Origin: a virus
Direction: 5' to 3' (one strand)
Length of the DNA stretch: 51,024 nt
IMG/VR virus record: IMGVR_UViG_3300030098_005111
A program made the position numbers and the translations under genes. Below are positions 34,901-43,263 of this stretch, piece by piece. The notes beneath the pieces are model-generated. The model searched no databases. It was not told the origin of the DNA and was given only the letters and a program-made list of their open reading frames with translations. Each line of letters opens with the position of its first letter. The stretch's first letter is position 1.

Positions 34901-35436
34901 CAGGTTTCGCTGTTTCTGTACTTACTGCTCCTGTGACCACGATTATCGGAGCAGCAGGTATGTTTGGATTTTCTAAACTTTTACGCACGAAGTCTGTAAT
35001 GAAAGTATTAACAAGCAAAAGATTGCGTGGTAAAGCAGCAGAAAAAGCACAAAGAATAGCAGATGGCCTTGCACCTATTAGAGCTAAAGGAGCACAAGAC
35101 TTAGCTGATGAAAAAGTTATTGATCAAGCATTAACAGCAATACGTCAAGTAGCTATTCAAGTACAACAAGAAGCACAAAGCTCTGGGCTTGAAAGATTAG
35201 AACAAGAAACACGACCAATTAGAGAACAAACTAGACAGGTAACTGCTCCTATCACAGAACAAGTAACAGAAGAAGTGCAAAATTTAAGACCACAGGCATC
35301 GACATTGAACTTACCCGACACAAGCAATTTTACACCACTAGCGAACCAACAACCACGGCCCGTGGCTCCTGGCATGGGTACAGGCGAACAACTATTAGCA
35401 GACATTGAGAGGCGAAAAGCGTTAGGGTTGGTATAA
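31996..35436 (+). CDS. Putative large internal virion / ejection protein
   Basis: 1146 aa, helical with two hydrophobic segments (GAGIATTGMGAFAAVPLVALASGAG and AAAAFSAGFAVSVLTAPVTTIIGAAGMFGF). A tape-measure role cannot be excluded. Confidence 0.35.
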   Translation: MAIIDVETPEGIKQVEIEGDTPTEEESELILNTFFPSDLDAQSQAPSDVSPFAGMSLAEAIQQSKTGTGQTIQGEDEPIKPTHIGEVESALVQGSVARGFDAEDKARRIEGIFGENSYFQDEKGNFILNLDNINDEIKDEYNLPKAGSIFVNQPGLTKYDVSNFFAKEIFPLLGGVGAGIATTGMGAFAAVPLVALASGAGKLFDEVVVRDLERQERQEPKEIMKDVGFEALFVGVFDTVLRGIAKGVGYYAKGRGAEPDQELVDQIKARIIEKDKVSEAKALKQAIPIAREAQALSMRQMIDEGARIPVETLSGKSILGRTQSILEQIFKPNKISTENRIFVEKQINDAKLGLLDKEEALENINRVIDPIIENISVRLQTDDAIKIARQHMDDILQPQLKQLEKAFEVDPNLSAEPFLDALDSSFKLFNMHTTNLYGQADTAFKSAGRDAKIDLKDIKDTLSLRGLGPEAQQTTMAALQKAQLEDIDGKEIIKVLTDPQFNTVDINQIPLVRSALRSTILDPNLKNSPSANLIGDVIKQLDEAVEAKKLKAIEENNPALKDAINKLEEAQDFYKTNIEGINSGINNAIRAQIKQGFAADGKQLVDLFVSRGEPNKLKNFLNSITPSAFVRGQLAQVRKTGDDVLEQAARDFDKGTTQGIKDGILKLEGADFLKASDKKGKFKFDKNQNFLKFPEQYKTLPDDLNSVGGQLKRRATREYAETLRLYDQLSKRNIDPVSFKESFRKKLAGEWIDTNKGTTLKELSDAFENLGEATGKQLFGKDYGRVKQLMNDFAIDDLSQSGRALETAALEGVKTSTKGLDEVLEQLKVAQLQKTADSQDAFLKSINSGRIADTDKLVSYVLDKNNTKAFSSLQKELSEGELDNFKTAVVQRLLPVKITADKNTIAEAIKSGEFARELTKKIQKDKNKLVEILGKEEVDNLSKIAKQSGIVSDEVLKGQTGLAAAAFSAGFAVSVLTAPVTTIIGAAGMFGFSKLLRTKSVMKVLTSKRLRGKAAEKAQRIADGLAPIRAKGAQDLADEKVIDQALTAIRQVAIQVQQEAQSSGLERLEQETRPIREQTRQVTAPITEQVTEEVQNLRPQASTLNLPDTSNFTPLANQQPRPVAPGMGTGEQLLADIERRKALGLV

Positions 35437-35437
35437 C

Positions 35438-35899
35438 ATGCGTTTATCTGACCATTTTACCTTACAGGAGCTAACCAAGTCTTCTACAGCAGAGCGTAAA
35501 GGCATCAAAAACGCTCCTGACGACACGCAACTAGAATCTTTGAAGAATGTATGCCTAAACATACTAGAACCCGTTAGAATCAATTATGGGGTGCCTTTGC
35601 GCCCATCTAGCGGTTTTCGTTGTTTAGAACTGAATCGTGCGATAGGATCTAGTGATAGTTCTCAACACGTAAAAGGAGAAGCGGTTGATTTTGAAGTACC
35701 GCATATAAGCAATGAAGATTTGGCACATTGGATTATGCTTAATTTAGACTACGATCAATTAATTTTAGAGTTCTACCGTGAGGAAGAACCAAACTCAGGC
35801 TGGGTACATTGTAGTTATGTCAAAGGAAAAAATAGAAAAAAAGCACTCAAATACAACGGTAAAAACTACGAAAGGCTCTCATTCGCTAGAGAAGGATAG
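35438..35899 (+). CDS. Endolysin, peptidase M15 (Zn D-Ala-D-Ala carboxypeptidase-like)
   Basis: FTLQELTKS...GIKNAPDD...LEPVR...SGFRC.ELN...GSSDSSQHVKGEAVDFEV fits the M15A/M15_3 H-x6-D...H signature. Confidence 0.75.
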   Translation: MRLSDHFTLQELTKSSTAERKGIKNAPDDTQLESLKNVCLNILEPVRINYGVPLRPSSGFRCLELNRAIGSSDSSQHVKGEAVDFEVPHISNEDLAHWIMLNLDYDQLILEFYREEEPNSGWVHCSYVKGKNRKKALKYNGKNYERLSFAREG

Positions 35900-36179
35900 T
35901 CGTTTCGAAGGTTTTGACTTAGATCACGATGGCATCGTTAGTGATGATGAGATACAGAGTAGTAAAGAGTTAATACAGCTTGAGAAGCTACAAACTCAAA
36001 AAAAGATGTCATGGATTGCTTTATCTAGCATGATTATTCTTACAATCATACTACTTACCGACTTAGTATCTACTGAAAAGCTAGACGTTCTCGAAGAGCT
36101 TATATCCATGTACTACCTTGCTATGGCAGGTGTGGTGTGTGGTTACTTTGGCGTTTCAGCATGGATGAGTAAAAAATAA
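35778..36179 (+). CDS. Two-TM membrane protein with an EF-hand-like loop (lysis cassette); start uncertain
   Basis: DLDHDGIVSDDE fits the 12-residue EF-hand loop DxDxDGxIxxxE. TM segments are WIALSSMIILTIILL and YYLAMAGVVCGYFGV. The track start is GTG 35778 inside the endolysin gene, and ATG 35817 is an alternative. Confidence 0.45.
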   Translation: MRKNQTQAGYIVVMSKEKIEKKHSNTTVKTTKGSHSLEKDSRFEGFDLDHDGIVSDDEIQSSKELIQLEKLQTQKKMSWIALSSMIILTIILLTDLVSTEKLDVLEELISMYYLAMAGVVCGYFGVSAWMSKK

Positions 36180-36205
36180 CTTAAATAAATAAAAAAGGTA
36201 AAAGT

Positions 36206-36340
36206 ATGACAGATCATCAGCAAATTAAAAAACAAGCAATATATCAATTCTGTAAAGAGATGTATCCTTTTTTAATATTGTGGTTAATTTTAACTTGTGT
36301 TTGTGGATTTATTGTAGCAACGCTTATTTGGTGGATGTAA
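36206..36340 (+). CDS. Small membrane protein (44 aa)
   Basis: Hand-translated as MTDHQQIKKQAIYQFCKEMYPFLILWLILTCVCGFIVATLIWWM. Its stop abuts the next ATG. Confidence 0.45.
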   Translation: MTDHQQIKKQAIYQFCKEMYPFLILWLILTCVCGFIVATLIWWM

Positions 36341-36823
36341 ATGCCTGATCCATTGACCGTTACCGCTGCTATTACTATAGCTAGCAAATGTTTGAATGGC
36401 GTTACAAAAGCTGTTAATGCAGGTCGTGAGCTAGAATCTGCTATGGGACACATTTCTCGTTGGTTTGAGTGTGTATCTGATGTTAATGCTGCCGAACGTA
36501 GAGCTAAAAAACCTAGCTTATTCAAAAAACTTACTCAAGCAAAATCTGTTGAAAAAGAAGCATTTGATGCGCTTATAGCCAAACGTAAGATGGCCGAGAT
36601 GCGAAAACAACTTTATGAATTAATTGTTTATTCATGGGGCAAAGAGGCTTGGGGTGAGTTGGTTCAAATGGAAAAAGATATTCGTGCTGAACGTAAAAGA
36701 CAAGTGCATGCCCGGGCAGAATTTAGGCAAAAAGTAGCTGATTTTATATTTATTTGTATAGGAGGTATTGTTATTATTGGTCTACTTATAGGTTTTATTT
36801 ATATACTGTCGTTAGGTGGATAA
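36341..36823 (+). CDS. Membrane-anchored protein (C-terminal TM)
   Basis: 160 aa with FIFICIGGIVIIGLLIGFIYIL at the C-terminus. Confidence 0.5.
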   Translation: MPDPLTVTAAITIASKCLNGVTKAVNAGRELESAMGHISRWFECVSDVNAAERRAKKPSLFKKLTQAKSVEKEAFDALIAKRKMAEMRKQLYELIVYSWGKEAWGELVQMEKDIRAERKRQVHARAEFRQKVADFIFICIGGIVIIGLLIGFIYILSLGG

Positions 36824-37035
36824 TGCTACTTGTATTTATGCTAACGGTATATTTAGATGGTCAACCTTATGGTGACAAAACTTACTGGAAAGATTTAAAC
36901 CGATGTATGTACTTTGCTAAAACTATCCGGAGACAAAATTACTTTCCACCTAATAAAAAATATAACAGTCCAGAGGTAGCAGCTACTTGTTTACCTACTT
37001 ATGTTAATTCATCAAAAACAAAGGTCTGGGAATGA
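36823..37035 (+). CDS. Small protein with N-terminal signal/TM segment
   Basis: I trimmed to the ATG at 36823 (TAATG overlap), giving MLLVFMLTVYLDGQPYG... Confidence 0.45.
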   Translation: MLLVFMLTVYLDGQPYGDKTYWKDLNRCMYFAKTIRRQNYFPPNKKYNSPEVAATCLPTYVNSSKTKVWE

Positions 37036-37094
37036 TAGGCTTGTGGTTTACGCATTAGTTTTATATATTAATAAAAAAATAAAAGGGTAAATAA

Positions 37095-37817
37095 ATGGCT
37101 AATGGCTTAGGTTCTTTTTCTATAGGCATGGACCCCCGACAATTTTTACGAGGTCGAGGAAGCATAGTGGGCAATAGATTTGTGCCAATGGCACCAACGC
37201 CTCAACCAGTGGCACCGCCACCGCCACCGCCACCAATGGCGCAACCAGTGGCACCAACACCACAACCAGTGGCACTAACGCCACCACCTATGATACCTGA
37301 GCCACCACCCGCTCTTCCTTCTGAACAACTTAATATGCAACCCTCTATGCCTCCGATGCAAGAACCACCGCCAATGGCACCCCCTGTTATGGAACAGCCA
37401 CCAATGGCACCACCACCAATGGCACCCCCTGTTATGGATCAATCAGACAATGATTTTGCTAGAAGTTTTTTTGGTAGATTAAGAGACAGTGGAGTAAATT
37501 TTCCAGAACAACCAATAGCATCAACTCCACAACCTGACGATTCTATGATGCGGCCAATGCCTTTACCAGAGTTTGGTATTCCTACAAGACCAGTATCAAT
37601 GCCTACACCACCATCTAGATTTGGGTTGGAGGGTATTTTAAGAGGATTTGACCGTTTTAGACCAACACCACCACCTAGATTTGGTTTACCTGTTGGGTTT
37701 AGACCTGCTCGCAGACCTTTTTCACCAGGTTTTGGTGAAAGTCCTATGAGAAATTTTAGAGAAATGAGGGGTATTGGTTTACGCAACCCGTTCTTTGGAC
37801 CTCGTAGACAAGGCTAA
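37095..37817 (+). CDS. Proline-rich repeat protein
   Basis: 240 aa with PTPQPVAPPPPPPPMAQPVAPTPQPVALTPPP, EPPPMAPPVMEQPPMAPPPMAPPVMDQ and RFGL..PTPPPRFGLP repeats. Confidence 0.5.
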   Translation: MANGLGSFSIGMDPRQFLRGRGSIVGNRFVPMAPTPQPVAPPPPPPPMAQPVAPTPQPVALTPPPMIPEPPPALPSEQLNMQPSMPPMQEPPPMAPPVMEQPPMAPPPMAPPVMDQSDNDFARSFFGRLRDSGVNFPEQPIASTPQPDDSMMRPMPLPEFGIPTRPVSMPTPPSRFGLEGILRGFDRFRPTPPPRFGLPVGFRPARRPFSPGFGESPMRNFREMRGIGLRNPFFGPRRQG

Positions 37818-38167
37818 GCGTATTTAGTTTTTTTACGCCTATTGTTCATTATTGCTCCGCACCCTATTGCAATCTTACTTGCTAAACCGCCTTCTTTCGC
37901 TTTAAAAGTTTTTACGTTTGTAGGTTTTCCATCTACGCCTTGAGCCTTAGCCCTTTTCCTACGAACAGCACTAGCAATTTGTTCTTTGCTCATGCTCCTG
38001 GCTTTAGCTCTAGGCACACATTTAGGATATTTTCTTTTACTGGTTTTTGTAGATTTTCTACCGCAAGATTGAAACTTCCCATCTTTTTTAGGTGCGCCAA
38101 TATCAACCCAATCACCTTTAGAGCCTTTACCGAACCACTCTGTTAAACCACCTTTGGGTTTAGCCAC
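37814..38167 (-). CDS. Small basic protein (recurrent phage/giant-virus family by recall)
   Basis: 117 aa with GDWVDIGAPKKDGKFQSCGRKS...KYPKCVPRAKARSMSKEQIASAVRRKRA. Confidence 0.5.
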   Translation of the reverse strand: MAKPKGGLTEWFGKGSKGDWVDIGAPKKDGKFQSCGRKSTKTSKRKYPKCVPRAKARSMSKEQIASAVRRKRAKAQGVDGKPTNVKTFKAKEGGLASKIAIGCGAIMNNRRKKTKYA

Positions 38168-38405
38168 GTTTCACCTTAATTTTCTTACCTGCTACTCTTC
38201 TTGTAGTAGATTTTCTTGCTGTGGTCTTTCTTTTAGTGGTCGTGGCGGTAGTAGTCCTATAACCACCACCACGTTTTTTATAGGTACGCACTAACCAAGC
38301 ATTAGCATAAGCTGAAGGATAAACGTCAAATTTACGTTTAGCTTCTGCCTTAACCCTTGCGTATAAAGCTGGATTAGTTGGTTTAGCTTTACTTTTTTGA
38401 GACAT
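38160..38405 (-). CDS. Small basic protein (DUF5872-like by recall)
   Basis: 81 aa with NPALYARVKAEAKRKFDVYPSAYANAWLVRTYKKRGGGY. Confidence 0.5.
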   Translation of the reverse strand: MSQKSKAKPTNPALYARVKAEAKRKFDVYPSAYANAWLVRTYKKRGGGYRTTTATTTKRKTTARKSTTRRVAGKKIKVKRG

Positions 38406-38409
38406 ACTC

Positions 38410-38787
38410 TTATCTTCCCCTAACTGGTTTCATTCCTCCACCTCTCATTCGAGTAGGCTTCATTCCTCCACCTCTCATTTGAGTAGGCTTCATTCCTCCA
38501 CCTCTCATACCTGTTTTTTTAACTATGCCTGCTCCTCCGCGATTCATGCCTGTCTTCTTAACACCACCGCGATTCATACCTGTCTTCTTAACACCACCGC
38601 GATTCATGCCTGTCTTCTTAACTGTGCCACCTACATTACGTTTAGTTCTAGTTTTTTTAGTGCCAGTTTTTTTAACTGTTTTTTTAACTTTAGTGCCGGT
38701 TTTTTTAACTGTTTTTCTACCCCTAGCCCCAGTTTTTTTAACTGTTTTTTTACCTCTTTTACTCGCACCTTTTTTTAATTTTGACAT
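38410..38787 (-). CDS. Extremely basic tandem-repeat protein (TVKKTG / VKKTGMNRGG x3 / MRGGGMKPT x3)
   Basis: 125 aa, encoded by two sets of 30-nt tandem DNA repeats (38431-38510 and 38539-38625). SD GAGGA and the ATG lie within repeat block P. Confidence 0.55.
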   Translation of the reverse strand: MSKLKKGASKRGKKTVKKTGARGRKTVKKTGTKVKKTVKKTGTKKTRTKRNVGGTVKKTGMNRGGVKKTGMNRGGVKKTGMNRGGAGIVKKTGMRGGGMKPTQMRGGGMKPTRMRGGGMKPVRGR

Positions 38788-39362
38788 TTTATCATCCTCT
38801 TAAATAAATTATTTCTGTTTTCCAATATATTAGATACTTCATAATTACCAAATTTTCTATCATAATACCGTTTCTTTTGCAATTTATTTGAAGCCTCACA
38901 TAATAAACTTAATCTTTGTATAAAAATCATAGAATACATTTCTTCAGATTCTGTTTCAAAAGTTTGTGTTTCAATAGTTTCTTCATTATTAAGTAATTCA
39001 TTACTTTCATCTTCAGGATGAAAACCCATTACAAATAAATCTCGATCTCCAAAACAATTTTGTGCAATAGTTTCATTTATTCCAGATAAATATTCATGAA
39101 ATCTATCAGAATTAGAATCGTATCCTAAATCTATTAAAATGACTAACTCAAATCTATCATCATAATTAGATAATATTTGATAAAATTCTAAAGGGCTGTT
39201 GTCATAACTAAATTGAATGTCCACTCTATTATCGGCCCACGCTTTAGCGGCAAAGGGACATGCAGGAAAATTATTATAATTTTTATTTGGTTTTTCTAGA
39301 AATGTTTTTGACCAATCCCGTATCTCATTGCGGATATTAGTCTCAAAAATATCGTCATCCAT
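38775..39362 (-). CDS. Hypothetical acidic protein
   Basis: 195-aa ORF whose last ~10 codons lie in repeat block Q. Confidence 0.5.
   Translation of the reverse strand: MDDDIFETNIRNEIRDWSKTFLEKPNKNYNNFPACPFAAKAWADNRVDIQFSYDNSPLEFYQILSNYDDRFELVILIDLGYDSNSDRFHEYLSGINETIAQNCFGDRDLFVMGFHPEDESNELLNNEETIETQTFETESEEMYSMIFIQRLSLLCEASNKLQKKRYYDRKFGNYEVSNILENRNNLFKRMIKCQN
38777..38830. repeat. Repeat blocks P then Q, the permuted copy of 3562..3615
   Basis: The same two exact blocks, adjacent but in the opposite order, in the same orientation. Confidence 0.85.
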
Positions 39363-39363
39363 A

Positions 39364-39684
39364 CTAACATTTCCAGCGTCTTCTCGCTTGTCGAATACGA
39401 GAATTAGGATTGTTCCTTGTCTTTGCTGATGATTTTTTTAATTGACCTAATGACCTAGCGCAAAATGATTTACGCCTTTTAGCTGCTTTACTGCCAGGTT
39501 TTACTTTACCCGTTACTGCAGTTTTTAATTTAGAACCAGGATTTTTTTTACGAAACTCTTTTACACCTTTAGCTGTCATTCCCGCACCTTTTTTAGTGGG
39601 CCGGAAATTAGGATTTTTACCGGTAGTTGTTCTAGCTACATTTTTTTGCCTTTTAGGTTTTTGAGATGTGCTTCTGACTGCCAT
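39364..39684 (-). CDS. Small basic protein (recurrent family by recall)
   Basis: 106 aa with GAGMTAKGVKEFRKKNPGSKLKTAV...AAKRRKSFCARSLG...RQARRRWKC. Confidence 0.5.
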   Translation of the reverse strand: MAVRSTSQKPKRQKNVARTTTGKNPNFRPTKKGAGMTAKGVKEFRKKNPGSKLKTAVTGKVKPGSKAAKRRKSFCARSLGQLKKSSAKTRNNPNSRIRQARRRWKC

Positions 39685-39781
39685 CGTAATGCCTTTTTAA
39701 ATTTAATAAAGTAGTAATTATAATACCTGCAATTCCACAAAATATTACCGTTATTGCAGCACAAAATAAATATATTGTCAT
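39653..39781 (-). CDS. Possible 42-aa membrane peptide
   Basis: Hand-translated as MTIYLFCAAITVIFCGIAGIIITTLLNLKRHYDGSQKHISKT. It has no clear SD and overlaps the next gene by 32 nt. Confidence 0.25.
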   Translation of the reverse strand: MTIYLFCAAITVIFCGIAGIIITTLLNLKRHYDGSQKHISKT

Positions 39782-39807
39782 AAATAAATAATATATTAAA
39801 TTTTTTA

Positions 39808-41733
39808 TCATTTTGTCTCTCCCCAGTTTTTTCCTAGTCCTACATCTATTTTTGATGGCACTTGCATTTTGACGCAGTTTTCCATCAAATCTTTAATTTT
39901 ATCTATATCTTCCTCATCTATAGAAAAGCATAATTCATCATGCACAGTCAACATTGGGGTAAAACCATTGTTATAGCAGTTTAATAATGCTTGTTTGGTT
40001 TGATCTGCACTAGACGCTTGTATCAAACGATTCAGGGCTTTGTAAGTATTAGCTACCCTAAAAAACTTAGGGTTTCGATACTCCCAGTCTTTTTCTCTCT
40101 CTTCTATTGGCATATCAAGTATTGCTTGCCACTCCCTTTCTAACCTATCCACATGCAAAAACTCCGAGCTTTTACTGCCATACACACCCTTCTCTCGCAT
40201 CGGAAACCTACATTTACGACCTAATAATGTTCTAATCTCTTTACGAGACTCCGCTGCTTTAGACACAGCGTTAGCTATTTCACGAATAAATGGCACTTTG
40301 TCATCATAATCATTTCGTATCTCTTTAGTCTCTCCCATAGATATATCGCCTAACACATTAGATAATTTACCTAATCCCATGCCATACATAATGCCTAAAT
40401 TAATTGTTTTAGCTATCGTTCTTTCTACTCCTGCTAAATCTGCTACCATCTGATGAAAGTCAAAGTCCTCCTGGTGATATTGTTTAATTATTTCTTGCAC
40501 CCGATGATCATCTTTGGTTGTAGGTGTTAAACTTACATAGTGCATCAACCACCGTGGTTCTTGTGCGGAGTAATCAAAACTACCCCACAGTTTATCTTCC
40601 TCAGGTAAAAACAAACCTCGTATCATCTTTTTTATCTCAGGGTGCCTAGCAGGAACTTGCTGCAAGTTAGGGTGGCTTGATGAAAACCTGCCGGTAACTG
40701 TGCCTCCTACTTCGCTACGAAGTTGGTTAAACTCACAATGAATGCGGCCATTATGCTGATGAGATAAAATAGTGTCGATAAACGTAGTGTTTGCTTTGTT
40801 AAATTCTCTAATCTCAAGAATTTTCTGTGCGATAGGATGTTCGTGGTTGCTAAGAAAATGTTTCGTGAAACTCGGTGCACCCGATTTTTGCGTTCTTTCA
40901 TACTTTAACCCCAATGTATCAAAAGCCTTTGCCAGACTTGTTGCGTTCCAAGGCTCTATAAAAAAGCCTACCTCTTTTTTCACTTCTTGCAGAAGTTTTT
41001 TCTCCTTTGTTTCTAAAATCTTTTTAGTTTTTTCTGCTTGTTCTAAATCTATGCGTATACCTTTTTTTCTCATCTCAAAAATAATGGGTATTAGTGCCAG
41101 TTCTAAAGTTAATATATTCTTACAGTCGTCTTGTATTAATTTTTGATGCAACACCGACCATAAATCATAAGTTATTCTGGCATCCGTCTCGGCATAATTA
41201 GCAACTCGAGCAGCAGGTAATCGCCACATTTCTTTCTTCGCATCGACCCCATGCTGACTAGCGGTGGTATTTAACTCTAAATTAGCCTTCCTTTTACCTA
41301 TGTAAGTGCTACCTAACGCATCTAACGAGTAGCTAAATCTATTCTCGTCAAGCAATGCTGCCGCTACCATCGTGTCGAACACTGAACCATGAACCGTAAT
41401 CCCTTCATGATGTAACCACCCTAAATCGTACTGAGCGTTGTGCATCACTACGTCCATGCCGTGCGATAACTGGTCACATAGCCAAGAAGCCACCAAATTT
41501 GGGCTGAGATTGCCTCTACCCTCATGACGCATGGGGAAGTACCATTGTTGGTCTTTAGACGCTACAGCGATGCCTATGAGGTGTCCATCGTTCCTGAACC
41601 ACCCTGCACCCTTAGTGGTGAGGTTAGGATCTTTAGTTTCTACGTCTATGGCTAATAATTTTTCTTGAGATAAGTCTGGAAAAGACTCTGGTGGTGTCCA
41701 TACTTTTTCGTCAAATATTAGTTCTTCTTGCAT
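39808..41733 (-). CDS. Family A DNA polymerase with 3'-5' exonuclease domain
   Basis: Exo I LLAIDVETKD, Exo II HNAQYDLGWL, Exo III YAETDARITYDL. Pol motif A DYSAQEPR, motif B RTIAKTINLGIMYGMG, motif C LTVHDEL. Confidence 0.9.
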   Translation of the reverse strand: MQEELIFDEKVWTPPESFPDLSQEKLLAIDVETKDPNLTTKGAGWFRNDGHLIGIAVASKDQQWYFPMRHEGRGNLSPNLVASWLCDQLSHGMDVVMHNAQYDLGWLHHEGITVHGSVFDTMVAAALLDENRFSYSLDALGSTYIGKRKANLELNTTASQHGVDAKKEMWRLPAARVANYAETDARITYDLWSVLHQKLIQDDCKNILTLELALIPIIFEMRKKGIRIDLEQAEKTKKILETKEKKLLQEVKKEVGFFIEPWNATSLAKAFDTLGLKYERTQKSGAPSFTKHFLSNHEHPIAQKILEIREFNKANTTFIDTILSHQHNGRIHCEFNQLRSEVGGTVTGRFSSSHPNLQQVPARHPEIKKMIRGLFLPEEDKLWGSFDYSAQEPRWLMHYVSLTPTTKDDHRVQEIIKQYHQEDFDFHQMVADLAGVERTIAKTINLGIMYGMGLGKLSNVLGDISMGETKEIRNDYDDKVPFIREIANAVSKAAESRKEIRTLLGRKCRFPMREKGVYGSKSSEFLHVDRLEREWQAILDMPIEEREKDWEYRNPKFFRVANTYKALNRLIQASSADQTKQALLNCYNNGFTPMLTVHDELCFSIDEEDIDKIKDLMENCVKMQVPSKIDVGLGKNWGETK

Positions 41734-41735
41734 AA

Positions 41736-43262
41736 TTATATTTGATAAAACATATTAGATTGTGGTTCTAAAAAATGCAGAGATTTTTTAGCCCTTGTAA
41801 CCGCAACATAAAAAACTCTGTGTTCAGTGTCTGGATCTTCGTAATAATTTTTGTATGCTGCTGGAGATAGGTCAGGAACAACCAAAATATTATCGCATTC
41901 ACCACCTTTCATAGAGTGTATTGTGCTTATTTTTATTCTTGGATTTTTCACATTATCTCCGCGTTTTAAAGCATTTAGAATGTAATTTTGAGATTCTACA
42001 TCAACTTTGTCAAGAACTTGGTGCCAACGCATATTTTCATCTGCAAGTAATCCTAACCCCTGTTTCATTTCGTCAAGCGTGAATACGTTGTCAGGATTAA
42101 GTTGCATGATGGCACTTGATCTAGGCCCGAACCCCCTCTTAAAACCTACACCTACACTCATAAAATTATAAATACTTTTTATTCCTGGAGTATCGATTAC
42201 CTTGTCTTTGCACAATTTTTCCCAGTCAAGAATAGCTTGGAATGTTTTTATTGGCACACTAGGATGACCATGACGACTATATACCCATCCCTCATCACGT
42301 AACATTCTAGCGTACACATCCCCTAACCTATTTGTTCTTGTCATAATGCACCATTCACCTTGATCCAAAGGTAAGTCCCATAGATTTTGATGAAACTGCA
42401 CAGAGCCTTTATCATCTCTTGGCGACCATTCTTTAGGCGCACGACCACTAATTCTTGACACAATTCGTTGAGCCTCAAACCATGGTTCCTGAGGTAACCT
42501 ATAAGACTTGCTCAATACTTCTTTATCTTTTGTTGCATTAAGAAATCTTTTTACATCTGCACCTTGAAAACCCATAATGGCCTGATCATCGTCACCTGTG
42601 AAAATTTGTATTTTTGGTTTTACTCTTAAAATATCTACCATATCCCACTGTAAAGTAGATAAATCTTGAGCTTCGTCTACGAATAACGCATCAATGTCCA
42701 CTGGCTCATTTCTATTAATAAAAGTTTCTATCATGTCTGTAAAATCAACTTTACCGTTAATTTTTTTATATTTTTCATAAACAGATATTAATCTTTTCAA
42801 CTCTTCCCAGTGTAACTTATAGTTTGATATTAAATTAAAAGACTTTTCAGTTGATATCCGCATGTTTCTGCCTAGGTGATAGATACCTAAATATTGGTCG
42901 CCTGGAGAAATACCTAACATACTGAAATCAGATTCTTGACCATTAGTATTAGTTATAGCGTTGAAACTAATGCCCACAGCATCTCCAACGGCTTTTAAGT
43001 CTGTGCCACGTATCACATCTTCTTTTTTATATTGACCTGCTCGAAAAGCCATAGAATGTAATGTCTGAAAATAATGTAAACGATTTTTTTCTACCCCTAG
43101 ATCTCTGAACACTCTGTCCTTACTTTCTTGTGCCGCTTTTTTAGTAAACGAAACACAAGCTATTCTTTCAGGATAAATACCATCTTCGATACACTGTCTA
43201 ATTAACAAAGTATTAGTATGTGTTTTGCCACAGCCAGGCGGGCCTAAAATAGTTTTAATCAT
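41736..43262 (-). CDS. Superfamily 1 (UvrD/Rep-like) helicase
   Basis: Walker A GPPGCGKTH, Walker B/motif II LFVDEAQD, TIHSMKGGECDNILV and YVAVTRAKKSL. I set the start at ATG 43262 just after the upstream stop; the track start 43283 is possible. Confidence 0.8.
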   Translation of the reverse strand: MIKTILGPPGCGKTHTNTLLIRQCIEDGIYPERIACVSFTKKAAQESKDRVFRDLGVEKNRLHYFQTLHSMAFRAGQYKKEDVIRGTDLKAVGDAVGISFNAITNTNGQESDFSMLGISPGDQYLGIYHLGRNMRISTEKSFNLISNYKLHWEELKRLISVYEKYKKINGKVDFTDMIETFINRNEPVDIDALFVDEAQDLSTLQWDMVDILRVKPKIQIFTGDDDQAIMGFQGADVKRFLNATKDKEVLSKSYRLPQEPWFEAQRIVSRISGRAPKEWSPRDDKGSVQFHQNLWDLPLDQGEWCIMTRTNRLGDVYARMLRDEGWVYSRHGHPSVPIKTFQAILDWEKLCKDKVIDTPGIKSIYNFMSVGVGFKRGFGPRSSAIMQLNPDNVFTLDEMKQGLGLLADENMRWHQVLDKVDVESQNYILNALKRGDNVKNPRIKISTIHSMKGGECDNILVVPDLSPAAYKNYYEDPDTEHRVFYVAVTRAKKSLHFLEPQSNMFYQI

Positions 43263-43263
43263 C

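Noticed and set aside
38479-38803. Plus-strand ORFs 38479..38778 and 38525..38803
   Set aside because: They are antisense or frame artefacts of the 30-nt tandem repeats encoding the KKTG/RGG protein.
40707-41146. Short ORFs inside or antisense to the DNA polymerase gene
   Set aside because: The polymerase reading frame is continuous, with all exo and pol motifs present. There is no sign of an intron, intein or homing endonuclease.
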